A stretch of DNA of 64,000 bases from Acidobacteriota bacterium (GTDB taxonomy: Bacteria > Acidobacteriota > CAIWXX01), in contig JBFMAF010000043.1 in assembly GCA_040755995.1 (NCBI GenBank), forward strand, positions 64,001 to 128,000, in the 5' to 3' direction. The translations under genes and the position numbers were made by a program. A model generated the notes under the pieces. The model ran no database searches. It was not told the DNA's origin and saw only the letters and a program-made list of their open reading frames with translations. Positions 1 to 8,389 of the stretch are shown here, piece by piece; positions within the stretch are counted from its first letter, which is position 1, and every line of letters starts with the position of its first letter.

Positions 1-800
1 ACCATGCCGGTGAGCTTCCGCTTCCACAGGGCCTTCAGCGAGAGCAGATCGAAACACTGGAGCACACCCTCGTCCGAGCCGATGTACGCACGACCGCCGG
101 CAACCGCCGCGGTCGACTCGCTCGGCGCGCCTATCTCGGCCCGAGCCGCGATGTATCCGGTGTGCCTGTCCAGGACGAGCAGCTTCCCGACCAACGTCCC
201 CAGGAGGAGGAAGTTGGAGTCGATCAAGACAGGTGATGAGATCACCTCGGCCGTCTGGAGGTACCACCTGATGGCCGGCTGCGAGGAAGCGACATAGGCC
301 GATGCAACAATCCCACTTCGCTCGGGCCCGCCTCGAAACATCTGCCACGGCGCAGTCGCCGCGGCCGAGAACGTCCTTGCCCGTTCCAGCAGTCCCTGCG
401 CCGCGCCGGTTTGCGTCGACCGCTGAGCTCTTATCGGATCGGTGAGGCCCCTTATGAAGCAGGCCAACGGCCACGGTACATCCGCCGGCAGATCCACGCC
501 GTCGAGGAGCATCGACGGCGCGAAGCGTTCTCCGGCGACGAGGGAGGAGAGCAGGAAACCGAGTCTCAGGCAGAACTCGGCCTCTGTCCGCTCGATGCTG
601 CCGGCCGGGAATGCCAGGATGCCGTCGGCATCGATACGCGCCTTCTCGAAATCGGCAAGGTGCGCGTCAGGGTTCGCCAGCAGCGCATGAGCGAGCTCAA
701 TGACCGCATCCGGGGCCAGCCTCTTGCCGCTACGGACGACGTCCGAGACCGTGGACCCCGCGTACGCCTTGAGCGCCTCCATAACGCCTGAACCTAGCAT
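1..800 (-). CDS. PQQ-like (BamB-type) beta-propeller protein, running off the left edge
   Basis: Not in the ORF track; translated by hand from ATG at 800 (or 782): MLGSGVMEALKAY...WQMFRGGPERSG...RWYLQTAEVISSPV...ESTAAVAGGRAYIGSDEGVLQCFDLLSLKALWKRKL. WxMFRG..R.G and the SSP/..G..YIGSD.G.L blades are typical of PQQ-like propellers. Confidence 0.75.
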   Translation of the reverse strand, partial: MLGSGVMEALKAYAGSTVSDVVRSGKRLAPDAVIELAHALLANPDAHLADFEKARIDADGILAFPAGSIERTEAEFCLRLGFLLSSLVAGERFAPSMLLDGVDLPADVPWPLACFIRGLTDPIRAQRSTQTGAAQGLLERARTFSAAATAPWQMFRGGPERSGIVASAYVASSQPAIRWYLQTAEVISSPVLIDSNFLLLGTLVGKLLVLDRHTGYIAARAEIGAPSESTAAVAGGRAYIGSDEGVLQCFDLLSLKALWKRKLTGM

Positions 801-911
801 AGCGGATAGGTGCCGTCAATGAAGGTGGACGGGCACGGGCACGGGCTCGGGCAAGGGCGTAGAGCAAACGCATACTTGACGAGTGTAAGTACGATGCCGC
901 CGGAATGCGGT

Positions 912-1154
912 CTACTTGGTGCGCTTGATCCTTGCCCTGTGTGCTTGGAAATTAGCCGCTGCCCACTGTTCATCAAGGCGGTTCATATCCTGCATCGATC
1001 GATGCTTGTAAACGCCCGGGGGGAAAGCCGGAGAAGTCCACCGATCGCCGAGATCCCACAACCCGGCAATCGCGCGGTATAGAGCCGGATCGCCTGGGTC
1101 GCGCCATCGCGCCGGCATGTCCTCGACTCGTCTGAATTTCCTAACAGGCATCAC
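912..1154 (-). CDS. small hypothetical protein, partner of the adjacent nucleotidyltransferase
   Basis: 80-aa ORF with ATGA overlap to the upstream NTase stop; internal repeat VRKFRRVEDM / VYKHRSMQDM. Confidence 0.65.
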   Translation of the reverse strand: MMPVRKFRRVEDMPARWRDPGDPALYRAIAGLWDLGDRWTSPAFPPGVYKHRSMQDMNRLDEQWAAANFQAHRARIKRTK

Positions 1155-1791
1155 TCCTCCAGGTTGAAACGTCTACGCAGAGCTTCCGCGTCCGCGCGAT
1201 CCTGCAGACGCACAGTGTCCTTCTTCATGCGATAGAGCGTCTTCGGCGTGACCACTGAGACCACGATGTCTTCGAACGGCAACCTCTCGCTCTCCAGGTC
1301 CTCGAAGCGGAACGCCTCTCCGAGCCGCGTGAGGATGTCGATGTGGAAGGTGCCCTCGGGGGGGACATACTCGACGGCTGGATAGTCTCCAAGCAGGTCC
1401 TCCGCCGTGATCTGCTCTATGTTCGGATCGTCGTACACGGAGCGGAGTGCTGCCTTTAGATGCTCGATGTTGTCGGGCTGAGGGGCGACGAATATGTCCA
1501 GATCGTCGGTGAAGCGAGTGAGGCCATGCAGATTGATTGCCGCACCCCCGAAGACACTCTAGCGAGGCTGCGCCTCAGACCCACGAGGCATGTCACGGTT
1601 GGAGCGGCGCAGCCTCGCGTCGAGAGTCGAGAGTCGAAGGTCGAAAGTGAAAACGGTGGGAATTGACGGCCAATGACGCACCGCTCCAAGAATTTGACTC
1701 AATCGCAACACGTTTTTCGCCTCAAGCCATTCTAGTGGACCTGCTCTCGCTCCAGCGCCGCTAGCACTCTCTTCGTTGTTTCGAAGTTCAC
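1151..1791 (-). pseudogene. minimal nucleotidyltransferase (pol-beta superfamily) interrupted by a 173-bp insertion
   Basis: 5' part 1732-1791 reads MNFETTKRVLAALEREQVH* (GTG start, GGAAGG RBS). 3' part from 1558 reads SVFGGAAINLHGLTRFTDDLDIF (GG...H..R.T.D.D motif) and continues in frame into the 1151-1438 ORF ending in KKDTVRLQDRAD. Confidence 0.8.
1559..1735 (+). mobile_element. MITE/REP-like element, copy 1
   Basis: CTAG at 1559-1562 and 1732-1735. Left hairpin GCGAGGCTGCGCC...GGCGCAGCCTCGC, then GAGAGTC heptamers, then conserved right arm TGACGCACCGCTCCAAGAA...TTTTTCGCCTCAAGCCATTC. Confidence 0.75.
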
Positions 1792-1963
1792 ACGTACCTT
1801 CCAGGCCCGGTCAGCTCAGATCGAGCTCGATTCGCCACCGGCCGAAGTATAGCGGCGGGGTAGGGGTAGGTCAACGGTGGTGGGTAGAGGCGGCGAGCGT
1901 GCGAGCAGCTGCGCCGAGGCTGCGGGTGAAGGCCGTGCGCCGCCCGCGCCAGGTAAGTCCAGG

Positions 1964-2488
1964 TCAGCCGCTCGATGTCGATTCCACTATGAGCGCGTCG
2001 AGTCTCTCAACCAGCTCGGCCACGGATCTCGCCACCGGCTCGCTCAAGCCCTTACCCCAGGTTAGCGGGAGAGTGACGGTAATCCCGAAGGTCTCCCATG
2101 GGGGAAATGGTTCCGCGATTCGTGTCGCCTGCAGCCGATGCATGACGGAGGCGATGTCGGTCTGGTGGAGCGATGGAGCCAGCGGGTGGGGAGAACGTGA
2201 GAGTGGGCGGATGTCGCCGGGGGTGCCCTCAAGCGTCGCATCTACAAAAATGAAGCGCTCGGCGCGCTCGAGCAGATCTGCGATCTCGAAGAGATCGGTC
2301 TCGAGTGCGTATAGAAAGACGCGGTTGTCGTCCCGCCAGCGCTCGCTCAGACGCCGCACGACTTCGATGCCGGCCGCATCGTCGCCTGCGAGCTCGTTGC
2401 CGATACCGATGACGGCGACCTTCGCCTTCTGGTCGCCGCACCGGAGCGATTCCGAGTGCTGCATGCGACGCTCAGAGCCCGCGCCCAT
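1964..2488 (-). CDS. [NiFe]-hydrogenase maturation protease
   Basis: VIGIGNELAGDDAAG, FVDA and SLHQ motifs; last gene of the hydrogenase operon. Start uncertain. Confidence 0.9.
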   Translation of the reverse strand: MGAGSERRMQHSESLRCGDQKAKVAVIGIGNELAGDDAAGIEVVRRLSERWRDDNRVFLYALETDLFEIADLLERAERFIFVDATLEGTPGDIRPLSRSPHPLAPSLHQTDIASVMHRLQATRIAEPFPPWETFGITVTLPLTWGKGLSEPVARSVAELVERLDALIVESTSSG

Positions 2489-2576
2489 CAGAGACCGCTC
2501 ACCGCGCAGAGCGGCGCCTCCTGAAAACGGAACGCGGATTTCGGATCCGAAATGGTGAATACGGGATTCGAGGCTC

Positions 2577-3299
2577 CTACTGATAGATCTTCACGTCGTA
2601 GACGCACCGCTCAGCGCCGCGATCGGCTTTCGTGAGCCGCAAGCGCGTCTTGCTGGTGCTGCCGAGATAGCCCGTGAGGTAGTTGCAGAAGAGCACGCAG
2701 AGCTCGCCGCCCAGCTCGATCCCCTCCTTCTTGCACAGTTCTCTGACGAAGCAGTCCTTGATCTCGAAAAGCAGCTGTTCGCCGCTAGGCATCGAGGGCT
2801 CCATGCACCAGGCCGGCCCGAACTGCTCCTTCGCCAGCGCAAGCGCCTCGCCCATCGTCTTCGGGACGCGGTAGCGCGGCAGCTGGTTGGCGAGAGTGCG
2901 TCCGGCGATCGATCCCACGGCTGGAAGCCCCGATCCGAGCGTCTGCTTGAAGACGGAGGCGATGGATAGCAACCGGACGCCCAGGTCGCTCATCGCGTGC
3001 TCACGGATCTCCCTGTCGGCCGGCACGTTGGCGATGGGTTTGCCGTTGGTGAGCAGCTTCGAGGCCAGGGCCATGGCATACGGGTCATGGTGGAAAGCCG
3101 CCGAGAGGGTCACGCCGTCGTGGTGTATGGCAGTCGCGGGACAGATCTCGGAGCAGCTCAGGCACCCGAAGCACTCCTTCGGTTTCACCACCACCGGCTG
3201 GCTCTTGACTTCGTCAAATACGAAGACCTTGGTCGGGCATATGTCGGCGCAAAGCGCGCACCCGACACAGGCTTTGTCGTCGATGGCGATCGTGATCAT
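2577..3299 (-). CDS. 2x[4Fe-4S] ferredoxin fused to a V4R-like domain
   Basis: N-terminal CVGCALCADICP and CFGCLSCSEICP. C-terminal DCFVRELC...LCVLFCNYLTGYL...RGAERC resembles V4R/methanogen-output domains. Confidence 0.8.
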   Translation of the reverse strand: MITIAIDDKACVGCALCADICPTKVFVFDEVKSQPVVVKPKECFGCLSCSEICPATAIHHDGVTLSAAFHHDPYAMALASKLLTNGKPIANVPADREIREHAMSDLGVRLLSIASVFKQTLGSGLPAVGSIAGRTLANQLPRYRVPKTMGEALALAKEQFGPAWCMEPSMPSGEQLLFEIKDCFVRELCKKEGIELGGELCVLFCNYLTGYLGSTSKTRLRLTKADRGAERCVYDVKIYQ

Positions 3300-4702
3300 C
3301 GCTCCATCCCCTTTCTGATCGTGCGGACGAGCTCTCCGTCCCTGCGTATCTGCACCTCCATCGGCATCTGCCCCGCCGCGTGAGTGGCGCAGGCCAGACA
3401 GGGGTCAAAGCAGCGCATCGCGAACTCTATGCCGTTCATCAGCAGGTTGTCGTTCTTCTTGGGCATCAGCAACTTCGCAAGCGAACCTATGGAGTTGTCA
3501 ATGGCGTCGTAGTTGTTTTGGGTGGCGACAATCAGGTTCGCATCCGTCAGGCGCCCATCGGCATCAGCCGTGTAGTCGTGCACAAGGATGCCTCGCGGCG
3601 CCTCTACCAGGCCGATGTACCTGCCCTCCCTGGGCTCCACCGGCACCCGAATCGGACCTCCTGTCAGGGCACCACCTGCAATCTCCGCGACTCGCTCTGC
3701 GGCGTGGACCATCTCCACCAGCCTCGCTTCGACGTAGTCGAGCGCCGACAGGCGAGGCCGGCCCTTCGCCTGGAACTCCTTCAGCATCTGGTTTGCCTTG
3801 GGAGTCGAGATCGCGTAGTTGTTGTTGAGTCGCGCCAGCGCTCCCACGAAGTATCGCTTCTCCGGCGTGCCTCGCAGCCTCACCGACTTCATGTAGGACC
3901 CGCGCATGACGTGCTCGACCAGATGCTCGTAGTACTTGGCGATAGGGAAGACCCGCTCGCGGATACCGAGCGCGTCAGTGACCACCACATCGCCTTCCAG
4001 GAAACTGTGGACGCCGTTCTTGGAGAGAGAGAGCGAATGGTAGGGAAGGAGCAAGGTTTCGGTGATCTCGTCCATGAGCGCCAGGCGGGCGCGTGCGACC
4101 GGGCCAAGCTCATCCAGGAGGCCCATGGCTTCCGTGCCCCAGCCGGCGATCATCTTGAGCTTCTCGGCGTCAGGACGGGCCGCCATGCCCCCGGGCACTG
4201 CGGTGACCGGATGGACCCCGCGGCCGCCGACGATCTCGACGATTCGCTGCCCGATCGTTCTGAGTCGCAGCGCCTTCTTGGCAAGCTCGGGGGCCAGCTT
4301 CAGGAGGCCGAATACATTGCGCACGTCAGGCTCGCTGTCCAGACCGAGCAGCAGATCCGGCCCCAGCAGGACGAAGGTGCTGAGCCCGTGAGAATGCAGC
4401 ATGTGGCCCGCGTACAACAGGTCGCGGAGGAGCCTTGCATCGGTCGGAACGGCGATGCCGAGCCCGTTCTCAATTGCGGTCACGGACGCCAGGTGGTGTG
4501 CGGCCGGACAGACCCCGCACAGCCGCCCGGTGACTTGCGGCATCTTGAATAGCTCCATTCTCTCCAGCAGCTTCTCGAAACCGCGGATCTCCAGTACCTG
4601 CAGGTGCGCGTCCGTAACCTGGTCGCCGCCATCTACATCGACCACTATTCTCGCGTGGCCCTCGATTCGAGTGACCGGATCAACGATTACTCTTTGTGCC
4701 AT
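3296..4702 (-). CDS. mvhA: group 3 [NiFe]-hydrogenase large subunit (MvhA/HoxH-like)
   Basis: DPVTRIEGH, RGFEK, L1 motif RLCGVC, EAPRG, L2 motif DPCLACATH followed by a cleavable C-terminal tail. Confidence 0.92.
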   Translation of the reverse strand: MAQRVIVDPVTRIEGHARIVVDVDGGDQVTDAHLQVLEIRGFEKLLERMELFKMPQVTGRLCGVCPAAHHLASVTAIENGLGIAVPTDARLLRDLLYAGHMLHSHGLSTFVLLGPDLLLGLDSEPDVRNVFGLLKLAPELAKKALRLRTIGQRIVEIVGGRGVHPVTAVPGGMAARPDAEKLKMIAGWGTEAMGLLDELGPVARARLALMDEITETLLLPYHSLSLSKNGVHSFLEGDVVVTDALGIRERVFPIAKYYEHLVEHVMRGSYMKSVRLRGTPEKRYFVGALARLNNNYAISTPKANQMLKEFQAKGRPRLSALDYVEARLVEMVHAAERVAEIAGGALTGGPIRVPVEPREGRYIGLVEAPRGILVHDYTADADGRLTDANLIVATQNNYDAIDNSIGSLAKLLMPKKNDNLLMNGIEFAMRCFDPCLACATHAAGQMPMEVQIRRDGELVRTIRKGMER

Positions 4703-4706
4703 GGTT

Positions 4707-5651
4707 TCACCTCTGTGCAGAGGCGGGCCCGGACCCCGCCGGCTCGCCGGCCCACTCTCTCAGCTCGACCGTGGGCTTCTTGTACATCACCGGCGAAGCC
4801 ACCGCGTACGCGTAGAACGTCTTCGCGTCTCTCTCGATGTACTCGCGCACCTCCGCCTCGGCGATTCCGCAGAGCATGCTCATCCGCCTGGCCAGCATGG
4901 TGCGCATGTCCAGATGCGGTTCTGTCACTATGCTCAGCGATGGACCGCAGCAGCCCGTGCAGGCTATGCCCACGGCCGGGCATGGAGCCTGGCATCGATT
5001 CAATGACACCGACCCCATGCACACTACCCCTTGGCTGAGGAAGCACATGCTGGGGTCTAGCGCCGTGACGGCGCCCCGCTTGAGCGAGACGCCGGAGACC
5101 TTGCGCATCTGCCGGGTGCATTCGGCGCAAACGGTCTGGTCGCTGAGCGGCGGTCCCGAGGCACCGAGCAATGCCCTGAGTCCTGCGGCGATGAAGTAGG
5201 GGTGCGGTGGGCAGCCGGGCAGGTAGAAGTCCACCGGAACGACCTCATCGATCGGTACGACGCTCTCCTCGAGTACCGGAGCCGAGGCGTCGGGACGCTC
5301 ACCACCCGCGTTGGTCGGTCCGCTGCCGTAGACCTTCTCTATGACTTCGGCCTTGCCATGCAGCCATCCCAGTCCGGACGGGCCGCCGTAAACAGCGCAG
5401 CTGCCGAATGCAACCAGCGTCTTCACGCTCTTGCGCATCTCCAGGAGGGCATGGCGGTCGTGCTCGCTTCGAATCGCTCCTTCCACGATCCCGATATCCG
5501 CATCCGGGTAATGCTTCTCATCCATCAAGACAGTGGCGCGTACGAAGTCCACATCCTCGACGAGCCCGAGCAGCTTCTCGTGCAAGTCCACCACTGCGAC
5601 GTGGCAGCCCGAGCAGCCGCTGAGCCACTCTGTGGAAAGTCGAGCCTTCAT
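4707..5651 (-). CDS. mvhG: group 3 [NiFe]-hydrogenase small subunit (MvhG-like)
   Basis: LSGCSGCH, GSCA..GG and PGCPP, plus C-terminal VCAEC, CFLSQG.VCMG and C.APCP..C.GC.GP cluster motifs; too long for HoxY. ATG at 5651 overlaps the upstream stop. Confidence 0.9.
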   Translation of the reverse strand: MKARLSTEWLSGCSGCHVAVVDLHEKLLGLVEDVDFVRATVLMDEKHYPDADIGIVEGAIRSEHDRHALLEMRKSVKTLVAFGSCAVYGGPSGLGWLHGKAEVIEKVYGSGPTNAGGERPDASAPVLEESVVPIDEVVPVDFYLPGCPPHPYFIAAGLRALLGASGPPLSDQTVCAECTRQMRKVSGVSLKRGAVTALDPSMCFLSQGVVCMGSVSLNRCQAPCPAVGIACTGCCGPSLSIVTEPHLDMRTMLARRMSMLCGIAEAEVREYIERDAKTFYAYAVASPVMYKKPTVELREWAGEPAGSGPASAQR

Positions 5652-6136
5652 TTCTTCTCCTCCCAGATGAGCTCCTTTATGCACGCGTTCGCGCCTGCGT
5701 GGGTGATCTCCAGGTGGCAGATCGTGTTCGGCATGACCTTCTCCATCGCGCCTGCGAACACACCGTGTGACATGTAACAGAGCGACAGCTTCTGGTCGTG
5801 AGCGTAGCGATTGAGCGCATTGCGCACCATGCAGGTGCGGAAGACGAGCCGGAGCTTGTACTTGTCACCTTCTCGCTCGACCGGATCGGCTCTCTCGCCC
5901 GAGAATGGTTCGAACTCCCAAAATATCCCGCGTCTTGTCAAGGCTTCCTGCAGTATGCCCACGGCCTTGATCGGGTCGCTGGTCTGATCGACCCCTGCAA
6001 CCGCCTCCATGCCGAACTTCTTGCCGGCAAGGTTACAGATCGAGAGGCTCCCCTTGCCGAGGTTCTTCTCGGCTCCGTGCGCCAGCGCGCCTACGAAGTA
6101 CGCAACTTCCTGAAATTTCGCAATGTCGTGGTCCAT
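5648..6136 (-). CDS. V4R-like domain protein
   Basis: AAGGAG RBS before ATG 6136; AGKKFG, TCMVR...LCYMSHGVFAGAM...HAGANAC pattern, homologous to the C-terminal domain of 2577-3299. Confidence 0.75.
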   Translation of the reverse strand: MDHDIAKFQEVAYFVGALAHGAEKNLGKGSLSICNLAGKKFGMEAVAGVDQTSDPIKAVGILQEALTRRGIFWEFEPFSGERADPVEREGDKYKLRLVFRTCMVRNALNRYAHDQKLSLCYMSHGVFAGAMEKVMPNTICHLEITHAGANACIKELIWEEKK

Positions 6137-6293
6137 GTTCACTCCTTTGCGAATGTCATTGCATGCCGGGTCTCCATCGGCCATGGCGTTTCAGAAAGGG
6201 ATGGATCCCATCGTCTTGCCCCCTTCATGCTATCTAATCCGGCATCTCGCCCGGCTGCCGCCCGAAGTGCTCGTGCCGTCTCGGTCGGCTCCC

Positions 6294-7370
6294 TCAGCCG
6301 CCCCTGATGATCCTCTCAATGCTCTTCTTCATGAGGGCTGGGTTCTGTTCACCAGACACTAGTATGAGGAAGCAGCCCAGCGAGCCCGCTGGGAAGATGA
6401 CGTAGAAACCCTCTTCGCCCTCGCCGAGATAGGAGATGAGCTCCCCGAGCCGCCACCGCTTACCGAGGATATCGAGCTTGCTCCGGACTTGGCCCCACAA
6501 TCGCGTGCAGGATTCGTTCGGCGTCGGTTGCCCCTGCACTGCCACCAGGGCGCTGTCGGCACCATCCCTCGTTACGAAGGCGCTGGCGAGGACCCCATGC
6601 AACGTCGCTATTTCTCGGACTGCTTCTTGGACTACGGCGGGAACCTTCAGAGGTGCTGCCGGAGTGGCCGGCTCCTCTTCAACGAAGCCCACACCCTGCA
6701 CAGCCGTGGGACCTGGTTCGGCGGCGGACTCAGTGGTTGGCAAGACGAGCTCCGGAGGCTCGAAATCCAGCTCTACGAACAGGCTCAGAGGATCTTCTTC
6801 CTCCAGCGGCAACTGTGCACCCGGTGTCTGCGCCGCCCCATCAATCCTCTCGGCCTCCACAGGCACTTCGGGCAGTGGCATGCCAGCGGCCAGTGCGCCT
6901 GCCGGAGCCGTATCCTCCCGCAGAGCCTGCGGGGCAGCGGCGGCCGGAGTGCGAGTCCCGGCACCCGCCTCTTCCCCCGCGCGGTCGGCCGGCGTCGTGG
7001 AGGCGATTCGATCTCTTGCGCGCTGAACCAACGTCTCGCGAAACAGGTTCGTGAACTCGCGGGAGCGTATCGCGAGCAGCCGGTCCTTCTCGTGCTCATC
7101 CAGGGGATGGTCCAGCGGGTAGCTCTTGCGCAAGAGAATCTTCCCTTCCCATGCAGCCACCGCAACGATGCGCGGGTCCGGCTTGGGCGAGTATTCCACC
7201 TGTATCTGGATGAGCCGCCGCCCTATGGTTACAGACTGCAGAAGACCGCCGACTGTGGCAGCCTTGGGTCCTACCCTGGGCGAGCCCGTGCTGGTCATCG
7301 GTTGAGCCGGGGTGGAGCGCGCAGCCGGAGTGCCACCTGGGCGGCTGGAGTCTTGCCCCTTCGGTACCAC
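6294..7370 (-). CDS. Pro/Ala/Glu-rich linker protein with C-terminal roadblock/LC7-like domain
   Basis: C-terminus AVREIATLHGVLASAFVTRDG...LGEL...GEEG..VIFP..FLILV fits the roadblock fold; small globular N-terminal domain. Confidence 0.65.
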   Translation of the reverse strand: MVPKGQDSSRPGGTPAARSTPAQPMTSTGSPRVGPKAATVGGLLQSVTIGRRLIQIQVEYSPKPDPRIVAVAAWEGKILLRKSYPLDHPLDEHEKDRLLAIRSREFTNLFRETLVQRARDRIASTTPADRAGEEAGAGTRTPAAAAPQALREDTAPAGALAAGMPLPEVPVEAERIDGAAQTPGAQLPLEEEDPLSLFVELDFEPPELVLPTTESAAEPGPTAVQGVGFVEEEPATPAAPLKVPAVVQEAVREIATLHGVLASAFVTRDGADSALVAVQGQPTPNESCTRLWGQVRSKLDILGKRWRLGELISYLGEGEEGFYVIFPAGSLGCFLILVSGEQNPALMKKSIERIIRGG

Positions 7371-7383
7371 GACTTTGAACGCC

Positions 7384-7516
7384 CTAGCGAGGCGCGGCCT
7401 CGGAGCGGCTGGCTATGGATTCGGAAATGAGTACGCAGACCAATCGGCTATCTCGATGACGCACCGCTCCAAAGCTCCGACTCGTTGCCAACATCTTTCG
7501 GCTCGAACCCTTCTAG
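7384..7516 (+). mobile_element. MITE/REP-like element, copy 2 (shorter)
   Basis: CTAGCGAGGCGCGGCCTC...TGACGCACCGCTCCAA...CCCTTCTAG. The right CTAG contains the stop codon of the roadblock gene. Confidence 0.7.
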
Positions 7517-7866
7517 AGCGATTTCTCGAGGTCCTTGATGTGTTTCTTGACTTGATAGCGGACGTTGCCGAGGTTGGCGCTGGCACTGGTCACGATCGCC
7601 AGGATAGCATCCTGGCCCAGGGCCGCGCTTACGAGGACGCCGTTATCGAACTCGGCCATGACCTGTCCCATCTTTCCGATCTTGAGCTCCTGGCCCATGG
7701 TCTCGGAAGAGCCAAAGCCTGTGGAAATGACGGCTCCGACCGCCTCTACGTCCATGCCAGCCCCACCGGCTGCATCGATCACGAACCCGTCGCGGCCTAC
7801 CACGACCGCACTGGCAATCCCTTCGACCTTGACCAGACTGTTCAGGACTTCGCGGGTACTAGGCAT
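7513..7866 (-). CDS. roadblock/LC7 (MglB-like) protein
   Basis: GGAGG RBS; LVKVEGIASAVVVGRDGFVID...ANLGNVRY is a classic roadblock/LC7 sequence. Confidence 0.9.
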   Translation of the reverse strand: MPSTREVLNSLVKVEGIASAVVVGRDGFVIDAAGGAGMDVEAVGAVISTGFGSSETMGQELKIGKMGQVMAEFDNGVLVSAALGQDAILAIVTSASANLGNVRYQVKKHIKDLEKSL

Positions 7867-7953
7867 CGCTACCTCCTTTGGAAAATCATCAGGCTCGTGC
7901 ATTCCCCCTTGCTTCTGCTTCGTGAGTTCAAACCCCCGCTTCACGGCCGTGTT

Positions 7954-8169
7954 CTATACAGCGCGTCATAAGTCCACAACAGACTCAACGAGTAGACGCA
8001 GTGCATGACGCGCTGTATTCGCGGGGATGGCCTCAGGCCTTGCATCTGCGGCCATTCGGCCGCGCAAGGCCTGAGCCCTCCCCACGTACCCCCCCGGGGG
8101 AGGCCTCCGAGCGAGGCCTCCCCCGGAACCCCCACGCGCATACAGCGCGACTTGTGTCGCGCTGCATAG
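7954..8169. repeat. nested inverted-repeat cluster
   Basis: ATACAGCGCGTCAT (7956-7969) pairs with ATGACGCGCTGTAT (8005-8018). Further hairpins at 8032-8075, 8094-8126 (perfect 14-bp stem) and 8143-8164. Outer ends CTATACAGCGCG / CGCGCTGCATAG. Confidence 0.8.
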
Positions 8170-8389
8170 TCAGTTGGTTGACTCGTGTCCAAACGACCCT
8201 CAGGAACAGCGTCCTGCCACTCTCTCATGTCTGAACCTGTAGCCCTCCATTCCATACTCCGGTGGGGGCACATCATAAGACGAAAAACCCATCAACGTCA
8301 TCTATGATAATAGTAACCCGGCCGAAGAGCAACCCGTTGGAGGGACTTCTTCTGCGTCCGCATGGTCCCTCACAGATGCGCCACCGGCA

